Assembly: GCA_029953675.1 (NCBI GenBank)
Contig: JAMWBK010000005.1
Location: 1,550,001 to 1,614,000, forward strand
DNA from: Rhodosorus marinus CCMP1338
Lineage: Eukaryota > Plantae > Rhodophyta
Direction: 5' to 3'
Length of the DNA stretch: 64,000 nt
The position numbers were made by a program, and so were the translations under genes. This document shows positions 62,419 through 64,000 of this stretch, piece by piece (within the stretch, counting starts at the first letter, position 1; every line of letters starts with the position of its first letter). The notes beneath the pieces were generated by a model. It was not told where the DNA came from and made no database searches. It worked only from the letters and a program-made list of their open reading frames with translations.

Positions 62419-64000
62419 CACATGAAAAAGACAAAAGGAAACGCACCGGTGTCGCCAGGAACTGAGCTCCCCGACTACTGCCCTAAGATATCAATCTATC
62501 TCAATCTCCTCCCATACTTGTCAACCCCACCTGCGTTCTTTTCAAATGCCGTCGTCGGCAACCACCCCTGTTGACGGGACAAGCCGACGCCAACACGAGT
62601 CTGCTCTTCCAGAACCTCGCACATTTCGTTACCGCGTCGAACTTCTAGTACGATAATAGTAAATACTAGCGTTTGTACTAATATGTAGTTCAGATTGCTC
62701 GTCGCTGGAATAGATTGAATTTTGGTAAATTTGAAATTCGGCAGCTGTCCTTAAGTGAATCCCTCAAAATAATTTTATTATATGAATACATAGTTAGGGC
62801 CTTTAATTTATTTCGGAATTATGATTTCAACGTTCACCAACACAGATTACTTAAATATTACGTAAAATCTATAATAGTGTATGGATTTCTGAGAAAAAGA
62901 GTAGTGGAGAGTAATTTGTTAAGTAATTCATGGTCAAAATTGGCTTCGTTTGCTGTTCGTGGACGTGTAGTTGGCCACTTGCGGCGACGTTCAAGGAGCG
63001 AGAAGAAATCCGTTTAGACTTGGCAGGGTCGGAGCAATAAAAGCTTTCGTAACTTGGGAGGCTGAGTGAGGTGCGCTAGGTGAACTTTTCGCGGCAAACG
63101 GGGTTGGTAGTAGTACTGCCGGTGAGCGGAGTTCAAAGTACAATAAGAGCACCTCAGCACCGCTTTTTTGGCGAGCGCTTTTCTTGGACTTCAGTTAAAT
63201 TCAAGCAACGAGTACACGCGTTTCGTAGCTTCTGGCGTGCTGGTTAAGGCCAATTGATGACTCCTCATTACAATTTCGCCAACTTTTTCCGGAGGCTGAG
63301 ATCGCGCCCGAGGAACGCAATCTGTAGATGAAAGAGGGGTAGTTTGTTCGCTGGAAACCTAAATTCCGGGAAAACAAATTGCTTAAGAAAATAGGATTCC
63401 TGCAACAGCCGCAGGAGCAGTCGGAGCTCCACGGCCGCGGGTAGTAGCCTCGTTCTACTCAGGTATTATCACAAAAGTGCGGTCAAAAGAAGAACGCCAA
63501 CATTCCGACGAATACTATACAACTTCCCACAGAGAGCTACTTAGGTCTAGACCACCAGGTCACCAGCATCACCCTGCATATATCCCCCTCCATCCCCTAC
63601 AAAAAATCAAAACCCTCGCACCGGATTTTTGCAAAGAGTAACCCACTGCGGCCACATTGAGAAGCCACAGTCCAGCAACCACATCTGAACAAACACGCAA
63701 TCGTCCTTGTCCATTTAACGCTATTAGAATCTGAGCCAAATGTACGACGACCAACCCCCAGGGGTGCGAAGTCCTTCCCATTATTCACAAAAAAACAAAA
63801 AAACTTCGCCCCTGTGCTAGGTTCCAAGCTTGTTTTTGATAAGAATTTAACCCCTTCCGTATCGATGAATGGAAATTCTCGAATGAACTTGGATATCCCC
63901 ACCCTCACCCCATAAAAAAAAAAGCAAAATGTGGAACCTACTCAGATATCTACACTCTCCGTAACTGATTAGTAGACTACTCAGGGTTTCTTATTGCAAA

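Overview
This is a gene-dense eukaryotic nuclear window with short GT-AG introns, mostly about 55-180 nt, often with CTAAC/CTGAC-like branch points. It is most likely from a unicellular red alga (inference). The evidence is nucleus-encoded plastid proteins (atpC, thioredoxin x, DUF1825) with simple 'M..FV'-type transit peptides, and an ATP synthase gamma subunit lacking the green-lineage redox cysteines. I recognise about 20 protein-coding genes, mostly housekeeping (PWP2, BRX1, REP, MetRS, RPT2, a TBC Rab-GAP, PRKRIP1, CDK8, DIM1/TXNL4A, HEATR6, COQ5, SCCPDH, TFB2), plus two identical tRNA-Asn(GTT) genes. Two things stand out. (1) An intronless, bacterial-type glycerol dehydrogenase (gldA) is divergently paired with a dihydroxyacetone kinase across a 1.8-kb AT-rich spacer holding the duplicated tRNAs. 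This looks like a two-gene glycerol -> DHA -> DHAP cluster, possibly recycling floridoside glycerol. (2) Manual splicing of 17158-22326 (-) gives one continuous reading frame encoding a pseudokinase, a Sla2/HIP1-type ANTH domain, a charged linker and an intact Raf-like TKL kinase. Gene models were spliced by eye, no database search was run, and some exon borders are approximate.
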